55,948 nucleotides of DNA from Catajapyx aquilonaris (taxonomy: Eukaryota): the NCBI GenBank assembly GCA_000934665.2, contig KZ537985.1:124001-179948 (forward strand), written 5' to 3'. Below, piece by piece: positions 25,461 through 37,938 of this stretch (the stretch's first letter is position 1; every line of letters starts with the position of its first letter). Below the pieces are notes generated by a model, which searched no databases, was not told the origin of the DNA, and saw only the letters and a program-made list of their open reading frames with translations. A program made the translations under genes and the position numbers.

Positions 25461-26455
25461 ACTAATTTTCCACATATAAAATGTCAACATGAGACTCTGC
25501 AATCTTTAATGGCAATTCGTTGAGGGCTATATTTAATAAATTCTTGCACAATGCTGTTTACACATCGTGGCAACGCTTAATGAGGTATTACAATAGCGGG
25601 TCATGTGTGCGCATACAATTGCATTAAATATTGGTGTAGTAAATATGTTAAAACCATTGATTGCCATAATAATTAAAATGGCGTTTTTTTTATAAAGTAG
25701 GCACACTAACACACACGAAAAAACTGAGTTTCAATATTTCACATACGCGTTGACCAAATATTATTGCAACCGCACAGAAACCGATCCCTCAACAGTTCCT
25801 TTGTGTGGAACAAAGCAGCATTGACCCTCCTATTTACACTGCTGAAACCAGTTTTCGGTCATACGGCCACGCTGCCATTTATGCAAATAACATTCACCCC
25901 TCGCAGTACCGTCCAGCCACTTTTGCCATGCCCTTGACTCCTGGATCGAAAAAGAGAAAGCATGAAAGTAAAATGTAAACATGAGGGTTCTGAAACGGTC
26001 ATGGACCCCGGACGCTACCACCTCTCGGACATCTAAATCACCTTCGAAACCCTACCCGTGAAAATATATCACGTTCAAAGGTCGCCGAGAGTGAGAGTCA
26101 TCATATACAGAAAGAAAGGAATGTGTAACGAACCGTACAGTACACATTCCCTGGAGGTCACGACTGACCTCTTGCGTCACACTTTGCACCTTGATCCTGC
26201 TGCCTCATTACGTTTTTTGCTCGTAAACACGAACGCTGAATTCTCAAGTTGTCCCCGACACGTGAAGATGGGACAAAAGGAATTCAACATTTCCTTTTGG
26301 AGTGATGAATGCGTGCCAGCTGTGGATGGCTATGTTAGGTACAATATTCGTGGGCACGACGGTTTTGGCACCGTGACTTGCAATGCACGTGATCGCAGAT
26401 GGTACTGTACATCCACCAGACACAAACACGCTTCTTCCTATATACGAAAGCAGTA

Positions 26456-26671
26456 CTGTGCTAGCGACATTTTCCGATGCGGCAGACGTGCACATCGAGC
26501 CGTGCGAGCAAGAAATGGTAGCCCTAGGGTGACGTCACTGCCTGGGGACACGCCTTTTCTCCATTGCCCCCCAGCTGCTGACGTCACTCAAGGCCTACCT
26601 CTTCTTACTCGCACGGATCACACTATCACTTCGATTTGCACGTCTGCCGCATCGGAAAATGTCGCTTGCAG
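26456..26671. mobile_element. TA-flanked MITE
   Basis: ~43-bp TIRs AGCGACATTTTCCGATGCGGCAGACGTGCA and reverse complement; further internal symmetry with two TGACGTCA; TA on both sides. Confidence 0.8.
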
Positions 26672-26682
26672 TATGACGGAAT

Positions 26683-27039
26683 CATGGTCTTACAATACTA
26701 AGGTCTGGACACTCCCTCTTATCGCCTGCCGGGGCGTTTTGCATGAGGTGCTCACTTGAGACAGCTTTTTACTGCTGTATTATGTGGCGACCCTACCGAA
26801 CTCCGCTGAACTACGGTAGAAGAGAAGCCGCTACATGCAGGCCCAACATGGCCGCCGGCGACCATGTTGGGTCCCCCGATGTAGCGCTTCCCTTTTGTAC
26901 CTATAAAGTTCAGCGTAGTCCGGTAGGGTCGCCACCTAATAGCGCCGTGAAAGGTCTCATGGCGCTCTCAGGTGAGCACCTCAGGCAAAACTCCCCGGCA
27001 GGCGATAAGTAAGATTGTAGGGGCAGTGCCCGGGGGCTG
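26683..27039. mobile_element. Non-autonomous DNA transposon, CA...TG termini, 8-bp TSD, copy 2
   Basis: Exact TSD GACGGAAT (26675-26682, 27040-27047); same termini CATGGTCTTA.. and ..CCGGGGGCTG as 5806-6170. Confidence 0.85.
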
Positions 27040-27802
27040 GACGGAATTAATGTCCAGCACTGTACGCCATAAGTCACGGTGGTTGCCTACCCCTACTGAC
27101 TACTCCAGCGTAAGTCAAGGTCATCCTTCCTAAGCTAATACCCGGGTTTAATATCGTCGGAAATGCGTTTTCCCCGCCCAAACGACGTACTCTAATTACA
27201 AATGAAGTAACGACACGATGCCAAACGCTGCCTTGAGAAACGGCCGTGGCCGTAAATTCGGAAGTGGCGCCCTCCAGCAATTTAACTGCCTGTTGAGAAG
27301 CAGGGGGCAATATATGGAGCCTTCCAAGGCATATTCTTGCATTAATTACCCGAAAAGCCAGCATCGCGTCACTCCCGACACAATAGCTTCCATTGTTGCT
27401 AATCCCAGCTCTCGGATTGGGCTATACGACGCAGATTATTTATTCCATTTCACTACCGGGTTTTGTTATTGTTCACGGAAATACACGCATGCTGCCATGC
27501 TGAATACTAGGGTTAATCAAATTCCTACGCCCTATTTCACTTGTGCAAGTTTGAGGTTTGCAGCTCTATTCGGGCCGGCTGTAGTTAGTATGCATGCCAC
27601 TTTTCAATTGTCACTGCTTGTTATGTTGACAGAAATATTTGCGCCGGTGCTGAAGGCCGGTAATTAATTTCTGGTTTACGGGTGTCTCCTGTAGTGTATA
27701 TCAGTGTGTAGAAGGCTGGAAAACAGGGCGACTCGCAACAATTGAGCCCATTGTGGCAGCGACATTACTCAAAAATTCCGGAATAAATACTAGACACTAG
27801 CC

Positions 27803-27859
27803 GGCTGTCACACGACTCACTACAAAGTAGCCACCTGCAACATCCACGCCATCTCTTGT
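27803..27859 (+). promoter_or_regulatory. Composite partner motif plus CTCF-like site
   Basis: GGCTGTCACACGACTCACTACAAA 27803-27826; CGCCATCTCTTGT 27847-27859. Confidence 0.6.
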
Positions 27860-27889
27860 CCAAACCAGCCATAATTTCACCTTCTTTAA

Positions 27890-28171
27890 GGGAAGGAGTA
27901 GGGTTGAGAGGCATCACGGAAGGCGGGAGGGTCAGTGTGGCCGGGGGCGGTGGCTGTGTCGCAAACACACTGATTTTTGGAATTTGGGATTTTTTTGGAT
28001 TTGGGAAGGGGTATGCTGTAACAACCTAACCTTCCTTCCTTGCGGATCAGCACAGACCTATCTTCAGCGGATACACGCGTATCCTTCAGCCTGCCTGCTC
28101 CGTTTTTGCGACACAGCCACAGCCCCCAGCCACCACTCACCCCGATGCCTGTCAACCCAACTCTATCCCCT
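27890..28171. mobile_element. Diverged MITE, probably Kolobok-type
   Basis: TTAA|GGGAAGGAGTAGGGTTGAGAGGCATC ... GATGCCTGTCAACCCAACTCTATCCCCT|TTAT; inner IR GGGGGCGGTGGCTGTGTCGCAAA / TTTGCGACACAGCCACAGCCCCC. Confidence 0.6.
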
Positions 28172-31100
28172 TTATTAAGACCATAGTAGGCCATGTCTCA
28201 AGATGACATACTTGCCCAACGATTACCACCTGAGAGTCCCACAATTTCCCCGCTCGCCAAAGTCATCCACGTCAAACCCACTTACCTCCAAATGAAAATC
28301 TACGTCCCTCCAAAAATTCCGCGTACGCACTTCTCATTTCAGTCACGAAAAAGGGCTCTCCCAGAAAAAAAAGTTTTTTGAGCGAGAGAAGGCATCATAA
28401 TGGACTTGAATGGGATTTTTCACACTAGCCACTTAAGCACATAGCACACCTCCCCCCTACTCTCATAGAACCCCCCCTTACCCCTCAGCCTAATTACGCG
28501 GGGACAATCTGTATGCAGATAGCTGGACGTACATAAGCCATTAAGGATGATCGACGAGGCCGGCATGAGGCTTTCGGTGTGCAGGCACTGCTATCTCCTT
28601 TTCCACTGCGGTTTTCCACTCCGGGGCAAAATTCCCCCCTCCCCCCCCCCCCTCCGAATTTATCCCTCTACCTGGATTCCTCTGGTAAAAAGTTCCGGAT
28701 TTTTGCCAGCGGGTGTAATTGTTGTCAGTCAGATAAAACTAGGGTTAACTAGGCGTGTCATACTGATTCGAAAGGTGTGAGAGTTGTAACATATATAGAA
28801 GGGCGTATCATATACGCATTTAATGGTGCGTGACAGGGCGTCAAAAGAGGGTTGGGTCTGAATTTACATTGTTCCGGACATAAAACCGAAACATGGTGTC
28901 ATCTCAAGGGTGGGAGAAAGGATGACCTCGCAAGTTCATATGTGGAAAAAAAAATATATGATGAACGGCCGGCCGTCCTGGGAGTATTTATATGGACTAG
29001 TCCAAATCCACCTATAGGTCCAAATCCCCACATCTGGGACACATGAGTCCACCTCATGGCTAATTAAGGGTGACCTAAGGGCGTAGTAAACCTCACCTCA
29101 GAATTCACCTTCTTGGTCATATTACATAATGAAGAAAGCCGACCCAGAAGCAAATTACGCCCCAAAAACACTGTAATCTTAACCAAGATGTGCAATACCT
29201 GAACTTTGCCTCTAGCAATACTCGCGTGCTAATGTGTAGTTCATTAATGCCCGCCTTTACAACATGAAACCTTGACCAATTCCGAATATGCTGGCAGGCA
29301 TAGTCAAAAAATTTCTCGTTGATGGACGCGATCAATTACGGCTGGGCTTTTAATTACATTAATCATTACCCGCCACCTATAGCCCCGGCCCGGTTGGAAA
29401 AGAATAGGCCCAGTCACGTAGGATGGAAATTATTGATAGTCTCAACACAAACCTGGTTATTGTTCCCGATTTAAATGGGTAATTACTAGTCGGCTTCGTC
29501 TATGGATTCCCCCCTTCAGAGTAGTTTGCGAATTTTAATGGAGTCTCTGGCACTTTGATATGAAGTTTGCTCAATTTATTTGCATTTCTCGAAATGAGCA
29601 ATAAATTAAAACGGCCGGCTAAAAGCTTCATAACGCACTGCACTGTACGTACGGAATGCAATAAGGTGTGCTCTACTCAGGGCTATTGTATTTTTATGGA
29701 ATGCGTGGGAGCTAGTTCTGAATATTAAAATGGCAGGTGCGCAGTATTCTGTAACTTCAATTAGTGACATGAACATAATTAAATCACAACGCATCTATCA
29801 CTGACCAACACGGATTACACCCATAATCCGACAGGTGGCAGATATATCCCGCTACAAGCCCAACAATACAACCTTATTGACCCCTCCCCTCATTTAATAA
29901 AAACACACACACACACACCACCCATTTAATACTCCAACAATAGCTCACATGGCACACTTGAATAGCCTGCATCGACCCAATCCTAACTAAACACTTTCGA
30001 CCCGCACCCTTCGTATGAAACTTGCTCACTTAGGTTCCACTAACGTGAAATAGAGCGGCTTTGCACTATTCCCCAACACAAATATTTAACCAGCTTTAGC
30101 AGCCTCTCTGGGACCCAATGAGATTAAGCGCAGGTCGGGATGCTCGGATTAACCCTACGGGTGTTCAGGGTGGTTGTTCATATTACTATTTTTTTTCCTA
30201 GGGATATATCATAATATGGGCGACAATGCGGGGAGATGGCTTTATTTACCCCCACTAAATACGAGCTGAAAAATACATTATGCTCCTGTGCAGTTTACGC
30301 TTGCATAGCTTCACCTTTGAGTTACTGACTTATACAACGCACCACATGAAAGACTCCTTCTATGGCTTTCATGTGGCGAATACGGTTTGTAGCTGAGCCC
30401 TGGGTGGCCATTGTATGTGATTTTCGCAGGCTATGAGGCCAAACTCACCAAATAAAAAAAAATAGGAGTTGGTTGCTATATATGGTTCTGCATTACATAA
30501 CGGGGGTCTTCCTGTGCCAAACAAAACGTTGTGAAAATGCTGAAGTGTGGTAGACAGTTATCTGGGCAGTTCGCAAGAAAAACTCTTCCTGCAGCATAGT
30601 TCCCACTGTGATGTCGACGTCAATATTTTCCGGGTATTACTAAACAATGCCCCAAGTACATGCTATTTAGCATTTAAACCGCAGTATGCTGGATGTCACA
30701 TGGCAAAATTCCCACGTGAACATAAAACCTACTCAAATAATTAAAAAAAAAAACATACACTTCAAGTACTGTACAGTGTATTATACCACTAGCTCCCAGT
30801 GTAAACACGCACTTAGAACCGTTATTGCAAAACACCCTTCACCTGCCCAAAATCCACTTGGTTCTATTTGGAGCGAAAGTGCTGCCTAGTTAGGCAAGAA
30901 CCTAAATTTGGAGCACTTTATTTTCCCGCTTAGAGAGAGTCGAATTCTCCTCGATAAGGGATCGGGAATTAATTTGTCCGGAGCGAACTAAGGCGCTAAT
31001 TAGAGCCCATAATCCTCCCCGAAGCTTTCCGCTTGCCCAACCGGCAAGTAGGAGGAAAAGACGGGGATTCCCCCCTTCTACCCCCCTCTCCCCCCCCCCC

Positions 31101-32257
31101 TATCCTCTAATNCCTCTAATTAGGCTCCACTTGGACAGGATCTAATTTTCGCGCTGGGGACAATTGCCACTCCAAAAAGTCCTCCAGCTCTTCCGGCAGC
31201 GTGGAGTTTAAGCTTTGAATCTCGATCGAGTGCGCTGTTGTTTATCTTCCACGTGAGGGAAACTTCACGCTCCGACAGAAGCCTTCCCTAGAAGATGATT
31301 CTGAGATTAACCCCACGACTGGAGGATGCTGTTACTGTTCGTTATGAGCGGGCCAGAGGGTTTATCTGCGGTTGGGAACATTGGAAAGTCAGCCATAGCT
31401 AGTCGGACAATTAAATTTTATTATTAGCTATGTGGTTGATGTTGTTCCTAAAATTATGGTTATGAAATTCTTTGAATGAATCCGTGGTTCCTGCTTTTCT
31501 ACCACTTCGCTTCCTGCGGCCAAGGATGACCTCGGAGGTCAAGTCCAATGTGCTAAAAACCTTCCCCGTTAAAAACTACCCCTAATGATCCTCCTGGGGC
31601 ATATGTCGAAGCCTCCGTATTGATTTGCATCGGGAACGTACAGACATACGTTTGAAAATATGTATTAGATGGTGACATCAAATGCCAATTAATTAACAGT
31701 CTTGAAATTATTTAAATTCTGCTGGTATGACTTGTATTACACACTCTATTGTGAGACTAAACAGAAACTGTTTGATATAGCCCCAATCTTGTGGGTAGCC
31801 CGGAAGCCTCCGGATCGAATACAGAAGCCTTTCGACAGTCTTCGACAGCGAGTAGTTCTCCGGTCTAATAAAGGTCGCTGATGTTGGATAGCTTCCTTCT
31901 CATCACAATGCCAAACTCAACAAAAAAACGTGGATATAACTGCCATATCACGCAACTCACAAAAAATACCACGGAGGAGAAAGGAGGAAGACTATTGCAG
32001 TACACGTAACCTATGGATTATATAATACCGGTAATACCTATTGATAGACAAGTGGGAGGCTCATGACGGGAGCAATCAGCTATGGCCATCATTCACAACA
32101 CGCACACTAGATCACCTTCAATATCACCTGACAGTTTGTCATCAGTATTTTTTATATTATTTATTATTTATTTATTTTACCTCATTGGGAGAATCGGCGC
32201 TCAATTAGGGGGGTGGAACACCACCATTTTACCACTCAATTTTTTCTGAAACTTTCA

Positions 32258-32406
32258 CGGCTGTGGCGTATTATACGGAAGCGACCCCGGAATTATCCTC
32301 GGGGGAACGTCGGAAACCACAGAACACCACGCCATCCCCGAGAATCGAACCCAGGACCTCCCGATTACCAGTCGCACTCCTAACTACTACACCAACCTGC
32401 TTCAGT
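32258..32406 (-). mobile_element. tRNA-derived SINE, third family, copy 2 (diverged, truncated)
   Basis: Collinear similarity to 25294-25460: CGGCTGTGGC..CGACCCCGGAATT..AAACCACAGAA..TCGAACCC..CTACACCAACCTGC. Confidence 0.75.
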
Positions 32407-32962
32407 TTATATATATATCATATTATAGAAATTGTCCATGTATGGGTAAGTTAGGTTGCGTCATGCTAGGATTGTAACCAGACAGAATTGACCTGTAATC
32501 GCGCACAATTCGCAACGTTCTGACCCCCCGCCACCCCAATAACACCTCCCTTTGCCGGATGATGACCCCCTCCCCCTTTGCAAAAATGAATGAAAAAAGC
32601 GGTAATCGCGCCTCCCAGCGGGCAGTGAGCGCAGTTATAGGAAGGAAACGTAGATAAGAGGAAGCAATGAGTTGGAGAGTCAGCGGGGGAGCAGACGGAT
32701 AGCCAACCGAACAATCCCTCATTTATCACGCTGTGGATGACGCCGTGCGGCACAATCCCAGCCACCAACCTCCAACAATCTTTGATAATAGTTCCCTGAA
32801 TTAATTAAACCTATCCGCAGGGGAGGCCCGCCGACGTAGCCACATACAAGGAAAGGAGCCACCGGTCAATAACATGGCTCTTCCCCCACCCCGAACTGGG
32901 GAAGCTCAAATATTTCGTGTTTTGACTCCTCAAGTTTGCAATATTGACGAAAAAAGAAACTG

Positions 32963-33037
32963 CCAGTAGATGGCGCTTCTTTAGTAGCAACATCTACTGC
33001 CGGTAGATGGCACTTTTTAAGTACAGCCATCTACCGG
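32963..33037. promoter_or_regulatory. Cluster of four CTCF-like motifs in alternating orientation
   Basis: CCAGTAGATGGCG 32963-32975; CAACATCTACTGC 32988-33000; CCGGTAGATGGCA 33000-33012; AGCCATCTACCGG 33025-33037. Confidence 0.6.
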
Positions 33038-36000
33038 TATAATTCTCAGATAATAATTTTTTTACTGACAATGGTTTATACCGCAGTGCATTTTTATTAT
33101 ATATGCGTCGGTACACTCTGTCCGATCTGCGTATGATAACGGCCGGTAGTTGTTTGCAACACGTCTCCGGCTTTATTGCGCGAATAAAGCCGGTCGTTAA
33201 TTATGCAGCACTGTACTGTTATTGCGATTCACGTTTTCTGAACATCCCCGCTTTTCGTTCCCATTGCACAGTAGACCAAACTTAACTCATTTCGAACCAG
33301 CTGGTCCCAAAATCCCCCCAAAAATGGCATAAAAATCATTCGTTTTAAAATAGCCCACAGACATGCAAATTGCACGAATAAAATTTTTTGACAACTAATA
33401 AAATCATCTAGTAATGAACTATGTTGATTAATTAAAGCGAGCACACCATCAGTCCATGTGTGTAATAATTGACTGTTTTCTTGCAATTAAAGCCAATCCC
33501 AAGTAATTCCGCCCCCATAATTTCAACCACTTGAATGACGTCACCCTCACTTGTTGATCTCCCCATAAATCGGCCTTAAACAAATGCTCCCCGAGTCGCT
33601 GTCTCCCAGATTCCTCCAAGAAGTCAGCAGGTACTAAATCAGCCCGTCAAATACCCCAAAAAAGGAGCCCAGAAAGCATTATATTTTCTCTCTCTCAAAA
33701 AAGGGTGCCCTCTAGGTCTAATTTGCTCTTGCAACCGGTTCTTTCAAGCTCAGAGGAAGCATCCAAAAAGTAAACATTCAAGAGAGGGGGGGAAGGTTAA
33801 TTCAAAAAAAAAGTCTCAAAAAATGGACAGGGTGCGCTTCCTTTCTCCTTTCTTTGTTGAGGTCGAGGAAGAAGAAACAGCGAAGGAACAAAGCGTGACT
33901 GGATCTACTACCAGGGAGGCTGGTCTAGAGATATGAAAGGAATTTCCCCTGTTGTGTATTCAAAAGGACCTAGATGTAATCCGTCGCTCGATACATTCCC
34001 CATGACGCCGCCAGGCAAAGGCAAAAGCAGCCGTCGTTTGCTTGCTTCACTGAACTTTTTCACTGTGTTCGCATTTATTAGGCTGGTAATTCCACAACAC
34101 TCCCGCGCGCTTTATGCTGAAGCAAACTGTGACATCTGCGACACAAACCAACGACAAATATTTTAATATGTTTTTAACCTCCAGAGTATGCAGTATTCGA
34201 AGAATGCGACGGTAGATGGCATTTGGGACCATTGGTGACAGCCATGGCATTTCCAGATCCAGACGAATCAACTCGCGCGCGCAAAAAAAAAAAAGTCATG
34301 TCAATTGCAGGCCAGGAGATGACACGAGCCCTAGCTTTATCCTATGGTCGTGATTCCGCACACCGCACCCGGATCTTTCCTCCTATCAAGCTCTCCCAGA
34401 TTCTCTCACGAATTATTCATCACTCTTCTCCTCCTTCACATACCAAAAAGACCTCTACCAATCCCCCTACCCCAGGCCAAGATATTAAGATTTGATGAAC
34501 AAACTGGAGGGGTTCGAAATTGAGAATTATTGCGACGCCATTTTGGGATGGGTGATTTTTAATGGGGGTTTCAATGAGCCATATGTGGGGGCTTGTTAAC
34601 TGGATTAAATGAGGGTTTGGATTAGACAGATCAACCCCACCCAGATGGATAGTGGTAAAATGCAATTGGCACCCTATCATATCGATGTATTGTTCTATGC
34701 AGGATTTACGGTACACACTGTACGTCCGTATGTCACCATTGTGCACATCTGTTTTTTAGCGAGATTCTGCAAACTATACTGCACAAATTGTGCTGAGGTC
34801 TACAGTATAACTGTTGGCTGATGGGTGCTGAGGGAGCAGTGTAACTCGGCAATTATTGTAATAACCGGCCGAGTTTGAATTTTGCAAAATATTGAGCCAA
34901 AGTTGGAGCTGCAGTTACAACTTTGCAATTATAATACTGTACAGTACACTGCTTAATTGACCTATTTGCAGTCTAATCTTCATTATCCAGCACTGCAGTA
35001 ATAAAATAAATTTGTAAAAATAAAATTGCACAGTATCTCATCTTGCCTGCTACCGTATTGTTCCAATGACCCCCACATAACGGAACAGTAGTTAGTGACC
35101 TTTTTCCATGCACAATTGTAGCCTTCAACGCCAAGGGTGCCCAATTCAATTACAACTATAATTACTAGCTAAATGACCACCACCCACACTTGACCTGCAG
35201 TTATCCTTAGCCTACTTCAAAAGCGCCCGACCGTCCATGTCTTTTCACTTTCGAGCTTTTGAGTCTCGAAAGTACCGGTGAGAGTGTACCGGACCGGAAG
35301 CATTGCAACAGTCACATCCTGCGAATCGGGTGATAAGTTGCTGCCTATTTGCGATAATTGTTTTAATTCCTTCATTGAAAAGGATGTTCTTTCTCTTCCG
35401 CAAGTATGCAGCCTGCTCATCCTTTCACTCTTGCATAACACCTTGACCTGCTGACCTCCAGGCGAGGACGGATGAGATCCCTGTTTTTTACCCCACCCAT
35501 GGCCGACTGGATGCGCCAATCACTAACTGGCAGCGTGAACAAAGCAAGTTCTTGCTGTAATACCCATGCATTATTTTTACTCTATGGAAACATAGCTATA
35601 AATGGATATCCATGGGGCGTGCCGGTTGAGCAAACAAAAATCTAAACTCAATCAATCAGCTGAATGCGAACGGCAGCGATTCTGAGAGGCGGGCCATAAA
35701 GTGTCGCCAAAATTTTACGACAATTTCGCATGATGGCCTGGTGGCATGTCGCTTCGTGACTGGCGATAAAAAATTGCCGGCAAACAAATTAAAACGAGCC
35801 AAAGTCCACCAAACATTCCGTGCCGTCGAGGCTTTGGAATTGGGTCATTACTACCCAACATATTCATTATAATGTCATTCGCTGGGTGTGGAATGAGTTA
35901 CTTGGCATTTACTACGTTTAATCCTTTGAAAGTGTATCAGCATTAGTCACCACCCTGCAATACCGTGTCATTTCGTAATTCTGGCTCCCCTTGCACAAGA

Positions 36001-36276
36001 CCGCGTATGTGTTTTTTTGTTGGCTATACCGACCCCACGAAAAGCGCTACCTCCCCAGGCTGGGGCAATTGGGAGTCGGACTGACAGGCACTCATAAAAA
36101 TATTACGAGTTCTCATCACCATGCCAGACATGGCGCCTTGTTAGGGCTTCTCACGGACCTGCGGCCCGTCAGGAATTGTTACTTTTTATGCTGGTTCGTC
36201 GACGAACACCCAGCAAGAATAGACGCATGGCATGTCGTTCTTTATGTAACGGACGTGCCTGGAAGTCTACGAAACA

Positions 36277-36797
36277 TTCAAAGGCTCCTACGCATTAACT
36301 ATCGGATTATAGCTTCCTAAATTTGACTTGTACACATATCCTCCACATCAGTGTGTCGCTCATAGCTGCCAGAATTTCGAAGGAACGTCCCGCTTAGCAG
36401 ATATCCCCGAATAAAAATCGCAAGCGGAGCAACGGCGGTCATGCAGGCTTCAAAGGCTCCTACGCATTAACTTACGGATTATAACTTCCTATAAGATTGA
36501 CTTTTACACATATCCTCCACATCAGTGTGACCCTCATAGCTGCCAGAATTTCGAAGGAAGGTCCCGCTTAGAAGATATCCCTGAATAAAACTCGCAAGCG
36601 GAGCAACGGCGGCCATATTGACTTCAAAGGCTCGTACGCATTAACTATCGAATTCTATCATCCAAAATTTGACTCCTACGCATATCCTCCACATCGGTGT
36701 ATCCCTCAGTGCTCCCAGAACTTTGAAAGAAAGTCCCGCATAGCAGATATCCCCGAATAAAAATCGCAGGCGTAGCAACGGCAGCCATATTGGCTTC
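36277..36797 (+). repeat. Tandem repeat, three units of 172-174 bp
   Basis: Units begin TTCAAAGGCTCCTACGCATTAACT at 36277, 36449 and 36623. Confidence 0.95.
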
Positions 36798-37836
36798 CAA
36801 TCAATGTGGCCAGATGCTTTCGCCGACCCGGGGTTCGCTTGAAAGATACTTTAAAGGGCGGATGGCGGATAGGGAAGGTTCAAAGTGCGGTCCCAGGAAA
36901 AGAGATAGGGAATGCAGCCGTAAATCTGGCAACGGAAGGCAGCTGCCGGTTGTTTGGACTCACCTACCTACTAGATTGGAATTAGGGAGCAGGGGAGCCC
37001 CTGGCCTATTCCCACTGCGGGATCCTCTGGAAAACGAAATAAAGGAAAACCTACGGGGGCGCTCGCCGCTAAGCTCCTAAATCAACTGCCCCAGAGCTCA
37101 TGGAGAAAGAAAGCTGGGTCAAATCTCGGACTACAGCAGAAAAAAGGATCGTATCCCCTTACATTATGGGTACAACACTGCAACGCTCCTACAGCACTCC
37201 TCAATTCAATCAAGCCTCGTGGCGCTGAAGAGCGCCATCATCTACTTTTTGTCGAAATACAGTCAGGGTTTGACCTGGAAATCCGAACTTCTATAGTCCC
37301 GCTCTCTTTTTGGTACCCCATTACGCTCCGATTCAAGTGGACTGTGCCATCCCGCTCTCTTTTTTATTTCCCCGGCGCATTGCAACAAGTGCGCCAAAGT
37401 GTGAAAAAAAACTAGTAACAAAGATTGACGTAACTGCACACATTCCAGTCCAGTCACCCACTTTTGTAACCAATAGCTTCCGAACCCCGGAGTGTTGGAG
37501 GACGATAGCATCCGATTGTACCGCAGGAAGCAAGAAACGTGTACTTACGGAATTCCTGGCTGCGTCTGGCAACTCTCCAGCTGGCCTGTCCCTGCGAAGG
37601 AGCAAGAATTGGGTCTAAGAGTGCTTTGGCACACTCCACAAGACGTGCACTTGGCAACGCTCGCCACCACCACCCTCTTTGAAGTGCACATCAGCCTGCA
37701 TATAAATTATGAACTAATCTTACTACTGCATTCATAGCCGGCGCTAACTTTTACGCGCCCCAGACACAGCAGGATAGGTCAAAAGCCTGGTGACGTCACA
37801 AGAACGCTAAAACTGCACTGAGAGGGGCAGCACATG

Positions 37837-37938
37837 TGGCCACTTTATCCTGGTCTTGAAGCAACCCTTCACACACGCACACTTCCTCACCGTGGGGACT
37901 GTGTGAAGGGTTGCTTCAAGACCAGGACAAAGCGGCCA
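37837..37938. repeat. Hairpin / short fold-back element
   Basis: ~38-bp arms TGGCCACTTTATCCTGGTCTTGAAGCAACCCTTCACACA and TGTGTGAAGGGTTGCTTCAAGACCAGGACAAAGCGGCCA. Confidence 0.85.

Noticed and set aside
25830..25940. Minus-strand exon after a strong pyrimidine tract
   Set aside because: All three frames stop within ~110 nt, and no partner exon or homology was recognised
26058..26759. 233-aa ORF
   Set aside because: Its second half is a MITE plus the end of the 8-bp-TSD element; not a coherent gene
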